Of a DNA stretch of 64,000 bases, positions 12,740-25,359 are shown piece by piece (position 1 is the first letter of the stretch; every line of letters begins with the position of its first letter). The position numbers and the translations under genes are program-made. Under the pieces are notes generated by a model. The model had not been told where the DNA came from, made no database searches, and saw nothing but the letters and a program-made list of their open reading frames with translations. The stretch covers positions 92,442,001 through 92,506,000 of the forward strand of contig OZ024741.1 in the NCBI GenBank assembly GCA_964016885.1. The letters are read 5' to 3'. This DNA comes from Eledone cirrhosa. Taxonomy: Eukaryota.

Positions 12740-13983
12740 AGGAACCAGTAAGACCCTGACGGCTGAGCTCAAGCCGTTTCGACGGCTAATTCTGGACTAA
12801 ATGAAAATTTATCCTGGTATTTAAATAGCCGAGCTTCTCAAGGGGTAATTCCATATATGGTCAAAGTGATTGTCAAAAGTCAGTAGTAATTCTGTGATTG
12901 CAAATTAGTAGGGGAGATGGTGGCTAAACCTGCCAGTAGGAGAAAAAGGGGAGGGTGGAGTAGACCCAATCATGCGTTGGTAGTGCCAGCTACAGCTGGG
13001 CATGAGGTCAAAGAAGATACTGGGGAGGGGGAGGGGGAGGAAGTCGGAACGGTAGGTAGAACAATGAGGGGTAAAAATATATATATGAAAGAAAAAATAC
13101 TGAGAGTGATGAAAAGCGGATAAGTGTAAAGAAAAAAGTAAAGCAAGTTCTACGACCTAGGTCTCTAGCTATTGTTAGGCTAGAATAAATAAATAAAGAA
13201 AGAAAGAAAGAAATAAAGAAAGAAATAAAGAAATAACGAAATAAGTAAATAAACTAGGTGGGACGGATTAGGCAAGGACCCTTTTAAGAGGTATAAGTAC
13301 GTAAATGATACGGTGACGGGTCAACAAATGGGGCCAAAAAGCTAAAGAAACTACCACGAAATAAATAATAAAGGTTTCTATCCCGGGCACAATGCCAGCA
13401 ACCACCCAGTGCAGCAAAGTAAACTAGTACGAGATAATAATAATTCTGAGTCCCGAAAAAAAAAAAAAAAATAAAAATAAAAATACTAATGCTAACTCTA
13501 AAAGATCTTATACAAGCTACATGAAAGTTCGTACGAAGTAAAGGTAGAATACGGAAAAATAAATTCAGAATCCACCCCGCCCAAAAGAAAAGAGAAGAAT
13601 GAAATACTGAAACGAGAAAATAAGGCATAAGTGCCACTAAGAAATATAGAAGGCACGGAAAATAGTGGGAGCGGTCGAAAAAAGGGGGCAAGTATCCGAG
13701 GTCTAACACAACTGCTATAAAAAGCGGAGTCCGCTAAATCTATCATAGACTAGGGGAGGGGTGGGGGTACTGAGGCTACAAGGGGCCAAAGGGCAGCCTC
13801 GGGTGGGCGAGAAAAGACGCCGACAAAGAAGAAGAACTGGGGTAGAAGGACTAAGGAGGGATGGGGGGAAGAAGGAAATAAAGGAAGCGATAAAAGAATA
13901 AAAAGAAGATCTTACGTCTCCCTTGGCAAGCAGGGGTTACCCATTATGGTCCACCTGGTTCCTTACCACATTTCCTTCGTTAT
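12740..13983 (-). mobile_element. Unclassified TA-inserted element with an inverted terminal segment (PLE-like architecture)
   Basis: The left end matches 9025-9087 and the right end (13940-13983) is the reverse complement of 8943-8985. No recognisable ORF. Confidence 0.45.
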
Positions 13984-14029
13984 ATGTATGTATATATATA
14001 TATGTATATATATATATGTGTATATATAT

Positions 14030-14760
14030 CCGAGGTGTATCAGAAAAGTAACAGGACTTCGTGCGCTGTGTGAGCCATGGGTGAGGTAGGGATTAGCGGA
14101 TTCCGTCACCGGGGAGAATATGACTACGATCTCAGCTCTCTAAAGTCATTATATGTTTTTGCACGTGCTTTTGTTAACAGCTCCTCAAATCTAGGCTGTC
14201 AAGCGATGGGCATAGAGCAGCGAACCAGCCTCAAGTTTCTTGTCCAATTAAGGAAAATTCCATCAGCAGCACCCTGAATACTACAGCAAGTGTACTGAGA
14301 TGAAACGATGTTTCGCTCACGGGTTTTTGAGTGGCACAAAAGATTCAAAGAGACCCCAGAAGCGGAAAGACTTCAACGAGCAGGACTGAGGCGAACGTTG
14401 AGTGCCTGAGGCAGGTGGTACGTGACGGTCGTCAGCTGTTCGACAGATCGCAAGTGACAGCGTTTGAAAGATTATCACCGACGATTTTGGCATACTGTAG
14501 ATTTGCACGAAGACGGTGCCGAAGTTGCTGAACGATGACCAGAAGGAGCGATCCATTCAAGTTTGTAAGGACATCCTTGAGTATCTTGAAACCGTACCAG
14601 ACTTGCTGGGGAGAGTCATGGATCTTCGAGTACGACCTGGAAACCAAGCGCAAGAGCCTTCATGACGACTGTGACGACTGAGTTGCAGAGAATCCCGAGA
14701 GAATCCTACCAGGAATGCACAGAGACGTGGCGGAGAAGGATGGGAAAATGGGATTGTTTC
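14030..14760 (+). mobile_element. Tc1/mariner transposase relic
   Basis: Across frameshifts: EQRTSLKFLV..RSRVFEWHKRFK..DPRSGKTSTS..VPKLLNDDQK..ESWIFEYDLETKRKS. Confidence 0.85.
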
Positions 14761-14773
14761 TTTTATGATTCAC

Positions 14774-14809
<36 letters not shown>

Positions 14810-14812
14810 TTA

Positions 14813-14897
<85 letters not shown>

Positions 14898-14912
14898 CAT
14901 ATATATATATAT

Positions 14913-15030
<118 letters not shown>

Positions 15031-15133
15031 TCAATTAGATCCCTAGGGGTTTTGTACAAGTTGAAACCGTGTTATGTATACATATATATAAATCTATATA
15101 TACCCATATATATGCACACATATAGACGCACTC

Positions 15134-15233
<100 letters not shown>

Positions 15234-15412
15234 TGTGTGTGTGGAAGACCAAAGGTCATTTTTGAAAGTTTCTGGATTTTGTAAAATACTTTATATTTTT
15301 TATTAGAGAAGGTAAGATATTTTTTCCGCAAAAATTTGATTGCACTGTATTTTTTGAAAATGTAATTTATACATTATAAAAATTATTTAAGTATATATAT
15401 GTGTGTGTGTGT

Positions 15413-15447
15413 GTAAGCAATGACACAGAGCCCATCTCTCTCTCTCC

Positions 15448-15516
<69 letters not shown>

Positions 15517-15517
15517 G

Positions 15518-15615
<98 letters not shown>

Positions 15616-15634
15616 GGTCTGTGTCATTGCTTAT
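15413..15634. repeat. Palindromic compound microsatellite with unique inverted flanks
   Basis: TAAGCAATGACACAGAGCCCATC-(TC)n(CA)n(TA)n(TG)n(GA)n-GATGGGGTCTGTGTCATTGCTTA. Confidence 0.85.
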
Positions 15635-16388
15635 GTCCCATAAAATACTGGTTCGGCAAAAAGATAGTGACATACATATCGATATCTTTTAACAATAAGA
15701 ACATACTTTAAAGAATAAGGACAATCTACTTTCAGGTTACCCTCTTAACCTAATTGTCAATTAGATTTAGCGTGACGCAGTACGCGATAATGTCGAACTT
15801 TTGAATTACGAGTCCAACACATTTTTTCCAGCTGAACGGATTGAAGCAACGTAATCAAGGACACCACGCACCGCTGAGAATCGAATTCAAGGAAACAGTC
15901 TCGTACTCAATCCATCCTATAACTTAACCTATATAAACGTTTGTCTGTCCCAAACCCAGAGGCTCATCAGGCCAAAGCTTATTCCGTTTTCCCTGGAATT
16001 AAGTGCAGAGTTAACCCCTCTGTTGCAGCTAGTACTAATTTTATTTGGCTCTTTGAATCGAGCTCATGATCTTATGATTGTAAGCAGAACACACTACTTA
16101 CATAGCTGCGCGCCTACAATAATTTAAGGTGTAAGTTACCTATAAACAATGCAATAATAATTACATGCCAGTTTCCTCAGTAAATACTATACCAAATGCC
16201 AAATAAATAACACTGATAAATTTCTTGTGAAAAATTGGTTATGAACTTTTGTAAGGTCAACAAGTGATTGTTCTATAGATAATAAACAAACAAATAAGCA
16301 AATAAATAGGCTTTTCCTTTTGCATACATACATAGAAACAAACAAAAATATATGTATGTATGTATATATATATATATATATATATATA

Positions 16389-17164
16389 CTAGCAGCAGTA
16401 CCCAGCGTTGCCTGGGTAGGTAAAGTAATATCTGCTTTGATGAAAAGGTGTTGATTTTAGCGACTGCTTCTCGATGACATCTAAGGCCACACACAGGCCA
16501 TGCGGATAAGGGTGGTGATGACCTCTATCAGTGAGAAACGCGGGTGACTGACGAAGGGGCATGCTGGGGGGGGGGGGTCGAATTTGAACGAAATCGGTTA
16601 AAAAATGTGGGAGCTAGAGCCGAAAAGGTGGTATTTTCGAATATTTAAGCAGCTGCCACGCGGTTCCTGAACAAAAAATCCAAAATCTAAAGCCATTTTA
16701 AGACGTGAAATAATCAGATCTAGCGTAGTGTAAAATTTGAACAAAGTAGGTTGATTAATGTGGGAGCTAGAGTCGAAAAAGTGGACATTTGAGTTTAAAA
16801 GTGGTATTTTTGAATATTTAAGCGGCTGGCACGCCGTCCCTGAACAACAAATGCAAAATATACAGACATTACAGGATGTGCAATGATAAATTTTATTTTG
16901 CTTTAAAATTTGAACGAAATCGGTGGCAAAATGTTGGAGCTAGAGCCAAAAATCTTATTTAAAAAAAGTGACCCCCGTTATCGATTTTTATCTGCAGAAT
17001 AACCGCGGAATAAAAAAAAAAACAATACGCTGATATATAGAAAACACTCCCCGATGACTAATCTATGAGCCTGTAAAGTTTCATGAAAATCGGTCGTAAG
17101 ATGTATGCCCCTATAGGTAATACACAGACACACACACACACACTTAATTTTATATATATACAGA
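16389..17164 (-). mobile_element. Non-autonomous Helitron-like element
   Basis: Minus strand starts TC(TG)TATATATATAAAA..GTGTGTCTGT and ends in the hairpin CCCAGGCAACGCTGGG followed by CTAG. Inserted in an A/T context. Confidence 0.7.
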
Positions 17165-17176
17165 TATATATATATA

Positions 17177-17918
17177 TTCCTCCATCGAGTGTTAAAGCTA
17201 CATTCCGAATCTGTATTCGTTAGCTTAGCCGCAGCCTAAAGCTTCATTAATGTTGTACTAAAATTTGTATATTAACTCCTAGAATTAACGATTAACTGAT
17301 TAATTTAATTAGACAATTCTATTGATTGATTAATTGTTTATGTTTGTTTGATAACTCCTGGTTGAGTGCTTAATTCGGTTTGTCTAAGGGAATTTCATTC
17401 CTTTGTCTCAAATTTCGAATTCACCGCCAAAACGGGGGTTACCTCCCTTTGAGAAAACCACGTGTCTATAGCGAAATTTACTACTAGAACACACCCACTG
17501 AGGCTATAGAACGCAAGACTTGTTGACGAAGTAAATCCTTCGTTCTGTCGCCAAAGGCCATTAACTTGCAGACCCCTGCAAGCGGAATTAGTCGATCTCA
17601 GATTTACAGAAACCTAGCGTGGATGTTGTATGTTATATGTGATGTATATCGTATGCTATACGATATGCGTTATGTGTTGCATTCGGTCTCCGTGTGATGG
17701 TCCAGGTCAGTCAAAAATCTTTCCCTGAGTTCAGTCTTTTTCGTTGCTATGGCAATGCGACTGGACTGCCGATCGCTATATTTGATTTGCAAAGCTGTCT
17801 AAACGTACTGTTATAACTCTGGGGGTATTATCCTCCATCGAGTGCTAAAGCTACATTCCGAATCTGCATTCGTTAGCTTAGCCGCAGCCTAAAGCTTCGT
17901 TAATGCTGTACTAAAATT

Positions 17919-17925
<7 letters not shown>
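17177..17925. mobile_element. ~750-bp non-coding element with ~95-bp direct terminal repeats, inserted in (TA)n
   Basis: CCTCCATCGAGTG(T/C)TAAAGCTACATTCCGAATCTG...CTAAAATTTGTATAT at about 17178-17272 and 17833-17925. Confidence 0.65.
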
Positions 17926-17952
<27 letters not shown>

Positions 17953-18039
17953 GAGGTTATATTTAATTTGTTGGGATTCAACAAGCTTAAAAATTGTTTA
18001 TAACTGATATAAATCACTCAACAGAGAGTGGAGTAAATG

Positions 18040-18446
<407 letters not shown>

Positions 18447-19109
18447 TAACAACACAATCGGTACAGTATATGGAAAGTATATATTAGGTTAACGCTTGAT
18501 ATAGCAGGAAGAGGGTCTGAACGTTTCGGACGCTAATCCTTCATTAGAAGAAAGAATTAAAAATAAAATAGATTGAGGGGACGGGCGGAATGGAATTGGA
18601 AAAAATGTCTTTAGATAAAAATAATAGGTCCAATATATATATATACATTTTGCATATATATATATTAGATGTTTTGTCCGTAAAACAAAACAACAGTTTG
18701 TTCTTTCATCTTATATTTCATGATATGTTGAGGTTAGGGCTTCTTTTTCAAAAGAAAATAAATGGAGTATGATTATGATGTCGAGCATTTCCCTAAACAA
18801 TAATTTTTTTTTAGTGAAAACTGATCGTTTCCTTTTTTGTGCCAGTTGCCAGTGAGATCTCGAGTGTCATTGACCCCCAAACTGCCGTTTTCCTCAGTCA
18901 AGTTATCTCGCCTACTTATGGTGCCTCGTGAGGTGAAAAGGCTGATGCAGCGGCAACGCTTTTACCATCTAGTTCGTGGAGTGCAGCTGAAATGTAGAGT
19001 TTTCCCTCCACCCCATTATTTTTTATTATTTTCTTTCTTCTTACATTTTATTTTTATTTTTCCTCTCTTATGAATTTTAGTAAAATATAGTTTCTATATT
19101 TCTGTTCAG

Positions 19110-19327
19110 ATATATGCAACATTCTTCTTTTGTGGTGGAATTCTTGCCATTATTGACACCAACAGCGCCGTTTCAAGTCCAAGTCTGGCACCGTTGGCCA
19201 TTGGTCTGCTTCTTACGGCTGTTATCAACTCATATGGCTTGAACGGTGGTCCAGCCGTAAATCCCGCATTGGATTTGGGCCCACGTATAGTCTTGCTACT
19301 GGCAGGCTGGGGAACAGGACCATTTAC
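19110..19327 (+). CDS. Aquaglyceroporin exon covering TM4-TM5 and loop E with the second NPA (NPALD variant)
   Basis: ttcag|ATA...TTTAC|gtaag. 218 bp, phase 0/2. Translates IYATFFFCGGILAIIDTNSAVSSPSLAPLAIGLLLTAVINSYGLNGGPAVNPALDLGPRIVLLLAGWGTGPF. The Asp after NPAx and GPR..AGWG are glyceroporin hallmarks. Confidence 0.94.
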
Positions 19328-19404
19328 GTAAGATACTTAACTTCTTTTATCATGCTATATTTTCTATGTTTATGTCTTTCTCTTTCTCTCCCTTTATATA
19401 TATA

Positions 19405-19912
19405 CTAGCAGTGGTACCCGGCGTTGCACGGGATAAGGTATTTTGGAACGCGGGCCGCCAACAGACCTAATCGTGGAAAAAATGCATGCCTGGACAATAT
19501 GTAAAGAAAATAAACCGAATACTCTGATGGCTGGATAATCTTTAAGATTTTCCTCGATGAAGCAGGAAAAATGTAGATTTTCACCTAATGCGGGCCCTAG
19601 GCCATAAAAAAGTTGGATTTTCTTTGCTCACGGTATGAAGAAGAGACTGACTAATACATAGTTACAATTTCAAGGAAATCGGTCAGACGTAACGCCTCAA
19701 ATCAACCAAAAAAGCTGGAAAAAAACGTAGTTTTTCACCTAATACGGGGATCAAAATGTTTTATGTGCATAACACTCCCTGAAACATAAGTAATACACAT
19801 GTAAAGTTTGAAAAAAATCGGTTGGGTACTTCTCGAGTTTTAGGGATTCAAACTCACAGACACACACACACATACACACACAGACAGACATCCTCAGTTT
19901 TATATATATAGA
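19405..19912 (-). mobile_element. Non-autonomous Helitron-like element, followed by further Helitron-type ends to about 21700
   Basis: Minus-strand TCTATATATATAAAACTGAGGATGTCTGTCTG start and CCCGTGCAACGCCGGGTACC..CTAG end. More CTAG-plus-hairpin ends lie at 19913 and 21160-21200. Confidence 0.65.
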
Positions 19913-22900
19913 CTAGCAAAAAACCACCCGGTGGGCAGTTTTCTGCTAGCAAATCTAGTGTATATACTGATATTGTTGAGATTTGGATGAGAAATGTTTT
20001 CGGCACATGTTCACCGTCTCTCGGTGTGTCTTTTATGCATGTATAAATATATATGTTATCTATATGGTGAAATCTTTGAAATAAATATATGTTAAAACGA
20101 AAAAGGAGAAAAAGAGATTAGTGACGGAAATATAAACGTTATGATACATAAACGTTATGATATAACGATGGAAATATATCTTCAAATGGTCCTTGGCATG
20201 ATGTCAAGTCAGAACCGCCTCGAACTGGTTACTTCTGGCTTGTGCAAGGTGTCTCTATAGCAACCAGCGATTCTCTCGGCCTCAGTGACCAAAGTCTGTG
20301 GAGAGGGGAAGGTAATGTTTCTATAGCGACAGTGTTTCTCTTGGTAGTACCAAAGTGGAGAAAGGAAGGGGAAGGTAATATTTCTGTAGCACCTACATTT
20401 GAGTTTTAGGGAAGGACAGACAGACAGACAGACAAACAGAGAAATGCCCATATATTTCTGTGTGTGTATATATATATATATATTACACACACAGAAATGT
20501 ATATATATTTCTGTGTGTGTATATATATATATATATATTACACACACAGAAATGTATATATATTTCTTAGAACAAAATTATTATTAATGTTTTGCTGTTC
20601 ATAACAATTGGAATTGAAAAATTACTTTTGAAATTATTAGTTATTTTACTAATGCTTAGATATGTAAAAATGAAGCAATGTTTCTAATAATTGTTTCTAC
20701 TTTTGGCACAAGGCCAGCAATTACCCAGTACATTACTGGTACTTTATTTTATCGACCCCGTGAGGATGAAAGGCAAAGTTAACCTCGGCGGTATTTGAAC
20801 TCAGACCGTAAAGGGACGTAACTCCATGCTATGAAGCATGGTGTCCGACTCTCTACAGATTCTGCCAATCCACCGCCCTAATGTCTGTACGTAATGAGGG
20901 AGTGAGAGGGGAGAGAAAGAAAGGCAGAGGTGAAGTGATGAAGTGATTCTCTCCTCCTCCTCCCCCATCTCCCCATTCGTCACAGCGATAGAGGGGAGGA
21001 ATGTTAGTGTGTTACAAAGAGAAAGAGTGAGAGTGAGAGAAACAGACAGACTAAAAGAGAGGGATAGCTGGAGAGAGAGATAGATAGCAACCACGCGCGC
21101 ACGTGTTTCCACTGTCGGACAGACAGACAGAGAAATTGCTGGTTATATATTATAAGGAGACTAGCAGAAAACCACCCGATTGGGCGGTTTTCTGCTAGTC
21201 TATATATCTAAAACAGAGAATGTCTGTCTGTCTGTCAGCTCACTAAAACTTGAGAACCATCCAACCGATTGTTTTCAAACTTTAGACATCTAATACTTAT
21301 GGACCTGTGTGTGTTTTGAGCAAAAAATTATTTCAAATTTTCAATGCCCTAGGGACCGCATTAGGCGATTTAGCGTTCTCTCTATATAATTCTTAGTCTT
21401 TCTTTTTAGATAGATACATAGATATAACGTTGCGCCCTTATAATATTTGTCTGTATGTCTGGCTGTCTGCATTACGTCATTATGACGCGCTCAGTGTGTG
21501 TGTGTATATATATATGTATCGTAATGCAGACAGCAAGACATAGCTTTCCTTCCCCTCTTCCAGCGTCTCTCTCTCTCCCTCCCGCTATCCCCCTCTTGTA
21601 GTCTGTCTCTTTCACTCTCACTCTCTCTCTCTGCGCGTCGGACAGACAGACAGAGAAATTGCTGGTTATATATTATAAGGAGATATATATATACATACAC
21701 GGCGAAATTCGAGTACCAGTCGACTAAGATATATAAAACGCTATCATTTCTTCAGCATGCTGACACGTATGTGTATATGTGTGTGCGTGTGAGTATGTGC
21801 ATATATATACATTTATATGTATGAGTATATAAATATAAACACGCAAACAGATACACTTACAAAAATACACACTCACAGACATACATTCACACAAACACAC
21901 ACATACATTCACACAAACACACATATACATTCACACAATCACACATACATTCACATAAACACTCATACATACATTCACGCAGGCAACATACGTAAAGAGA
22001 GAGGAGTAGTATGAGGTAGTCAAACTACTCCTCTCTCTTTACGTGTTGTCACAGATATTTATATATAGATAAATATGACTCTGTTCCGGGCATGTAATCA
22101 CCCCATCAATAAATATTTTATTTTTACACCTATAAATCTACAATCTAAATTGAATCCCACCCATACGCATGAAATTACATTGTCTAGAGGTGGCTGATGA
22201 GGAAGTTGGATGTGTTTGTTCTTTCGTCCCGTGTTCGGTTTTTATGGGGGGGGGGGTTTCTGCTAGCATGTGTAGTGTGCATATTGATATTAGCTTCGCC
22301 ATCACCCGAGGTAACACTGCGAGTGTGCTGGCTTGCCTCAAAAATCATTAGAGAGGTTGCCCAGTACTCATCGCTGCTGTCTTTTGCTCTGGTTTTGGCT
22401 CGGTTGTTCACCCCTTCCTTTACATTTTCTTTAATATTACAACATTAAAGGAATATATCCTTCTGACAGAATCGCGAGCAATTTATAATGTTATCTAAGC
22501 ATTTGTAATATTATTTATGTATATATTTAAAACATATTTGTTATGTTATTCTACTGTAAATTTATTTATATGCTTTGTAAATATCATATGTGTTCATATT
22601 TTCACTCACATTTGTAACGTTATTTAATAAAATTAAAATATATATACATCAAATAAAATGGTAATTGACAATATACACCGAAATTGAACGAAGACTGTGT
22701 TACACTGTCTTATGTAATCAGTAACGGAATCCATGATACATTAAAAAAAGACGATATTATATATAAACTGCATTAGGAGAAAATTAGTGACGGAAATATA
22801 TGAATGTTTATTTAAGCGATCGCTAACCGGAAGTGTTGACATTTGAAAATGTTAAAGAAGTGAATCTTTAGATAAACAATAAAATATATTTAATCAACAG

Positions 22901-23488
22901 CTACAAAATTTAGTAGATAAATTATGTAATATTCATTCATTATTTATTCAAAGTAAAGTACCAGTAATACACTGGGTAATTGCTGGCCTTGTGCCAAAAG
23001 TAGAAACAATTATTTATTCAAAGGGCGGTGGATTGGCAGTATCGGTAGAGAGTCGGACACCATGCTTTGAAGCATAGAGTTACGTCCCTTTATGATCTGA
23101 GTTCAAATCCCGCCGAGGTTAACTTTGCCTTTCATCCTTACGGGGTCGATAAAATAAAGTACCAGTAATGTACTGGGTAATTGCTGGCCTTGTGCCTAAA
23201 ATAGAAACAATTATTTATTCAAAGTAATCCAACTTATTTTACTAACTGGATTAAAAGAAATAAACCGTACGCAGTCCCGCACTCCTTACTTTATTATAGT
23301 TTAGATACTGTAACGCTACGTGCCCTCCTCTTTGATTAGCAATTGTGTTTACTCGCGTGACAAATCCTTCTCTCCTTGTTTCTCTTTTCCCGTTTGCTCT
23401 GGATAATTGTAAAATGATTATGTATACAGTTTATTCGACTCATCTCTCACCGTGTTGACCAGATATCATCATCTATATCATGACAACA

Positions 23489-23519
<31 letters not shown>

Positions 23520-23527
<8 letters not shown>

Positions 23528-24916
23528 GGAAAAATTTGAACAGGGACAAAACAGAGAGGCAGTACAACGAATGTTTATTAATTTCACGCTCTGGAGAGTG
23601 GGGTGTTGGTGGGGACGACGTTTCGGGCATAAGCCCTTCCTCAGGTGAGAAGTGTGTGGGAACAGAGTTCAAAGGGTGTGTAGGGGAGTGGTGGAGAGAC
23701 ATATAGCGAAAGGAAACGGTGCGAATGAAAAAATAAAAAATAAAGATAAAAATAAAAATAAAGCATGATCAAAATACAAGGAATGAGATAAATTTAAATA
23801 TAAAGGCATGATCAAAATAAACTGAAATTAAAAGGGGGGTAAAACAGGTGGTGGAAGGGTGTGGGTGTGTGGGGGTGGTGGCGGGTGGAGTGGGGAGAGG
23901 GAGACGGGGTATCCGAGCGGGGAGGGCTGAAGGTGGTGTGTGTATGTAGGTGTGCGTGTGTGTGTGTATGTGTGTATGTGAAAGTAAGGGTTGGGGGAAT
24001 AACGGGGTTGCATGTTCAGGAAGAGGTGTGGGGGGGTCGGAGTGTCTGTGCGTGTGTGGATAGAGAGGTGGGGGGAGAGGAATCAGGAGGCTGAGAGTGT
24101 AAATATGTGGTGGAAAGCACGTGTGTGTGGGGTTTAAGCGTGTTGTGGGTGTAGGTGGCGTGTGGAGAAAAAAAATTTTGGGGGTGTGTGTGTGGGTGAG
24201 TTATATAGGTGATTACGTAAGAGGATGGTTGAAAAGTAGGTAAATTCCGAAGATGTTTAGTGGATTCGTTGTTGGTCAATTTCTGCGTGTGGGTATTCCA
24301 TGAAGCGATGGTCGGAAGAGGAGAGATGTGGGTGCGCGCGCAACAGGAAGTGGTCAAGCAGTGGGAGTGCTGTGTGTCTGTTTGTGCTGGGAGGTGGTCA
24401 GAGGGCATAGCAGCAGTCGGTGGAATGGTAAAGGGGCGAGGATGGGTAGGTGTGAAAGTTGGAGTGAGGAGGGTGTGTGTGTGTGTATTAGTAGAGGTGT
24501 TAGTGGGATGAGTGAGTGTGGAGCGAGGGTGTGGGTGGAGCGGGGAGAGAAGGGTGTGTGTGGTTCTATGGAGGGAGTCTGGTGTACTGGTGTGTGTGTA
24601 GTTTGATGAAGAGGTGTTAGTGGGGGATAAGTGTGGGGGGAGGGGGCGGTCGAAGGCTAAAGGAATAAAGGTGGGGAGTTCAGGCCGGGGGGAATGTGGG
24701 TCTGTAAGATGAAGATAGTTCGTTGTTCGACCGTAAGGCGATTGGCGGGTGTTCCGTGGCACTGGAGTAGGCCATAGACTGTGAGATGGCGTACGGAATG
24801 TCCAGGGCCACCAAAGTGGCGGGCGAAAGGGGGAACTGCCCCCGAGACGAATATCCCGGAGGTGCTCCGTGAATCGGTCCGCCAGGCGACGTCCCGTCTG
24901 TCCGACATAAGTCGCG

Positions 24917-24920
<4 letters not shown>
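23520..24920 (-). mobile_element. 5'-truncated Neptune-type Penelope-like element (GIY-YIG C-terminus plus 3' pseudo-LTR)
   Basis: YVGQTGRRLADRFTEHLRDI / frameshift / ARHFGGPGHS..EQRTIFILQTHIPPGLN. A hammerhead-like CTGAGGA-agggcttatgccc-GAAACGTC is on the minus strand at about 23615-23645. Flanked by (TA)n. Confidence 0.75.
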
Positions 24921-24989
<69 letters not shown>

Positions 24990-25359
24990 AATTAAAAAGA
25001 ACAGAAAGATGCAGTAAAAGAGTTTTATTCGGTTCTTACGTACGTTTCAATAGACATCAATTTGCCTAGATCTCGCTACATCTATAATATTATATATTTA
25101 GTAGAGCATTCGATATCCAATGCGCAATCGATCCCATATCATCAGAGGTTATGTTTACCGCACCAGAATATTCAGGTTTTTATAGCAATTCATGTGAAGT
25201 TGAAGTAGAGAAGAAGGAGGATGTGACAAAGACGAGAGAGATAGGGGGGTTTTTCATAGTTGTTGAGGTAAAACAGAGGGGAGGATAAAATATGATAACT
25301 GTAAATCTACTCTTGTACATATTAACAATGACGCACACAAAATAGTTAAGAACCTGGGT

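Noticed and set aside
18505-18550. Minus-strand hammerhead-like remnant (CTAATGA..GAAACGTT); a similar one at about 29455-29490
   Set aside because: Catalytic core is mutated, so treated as dead PLE termini.
20209-20300. TGYFWLVQG as a possible last aquaporin exon
   Set aside because: Lacks the P..GP..G pattern and a good acceptor site, and lies within Helitron-like sequence.
21990-22044. ~20-bp hairpin containing TGAGGTAGT (let-7-like start)
   Set aside because: Only 9 nt match, they lie in the loop rather than an arm, and the rest of mature let-7 is absent.
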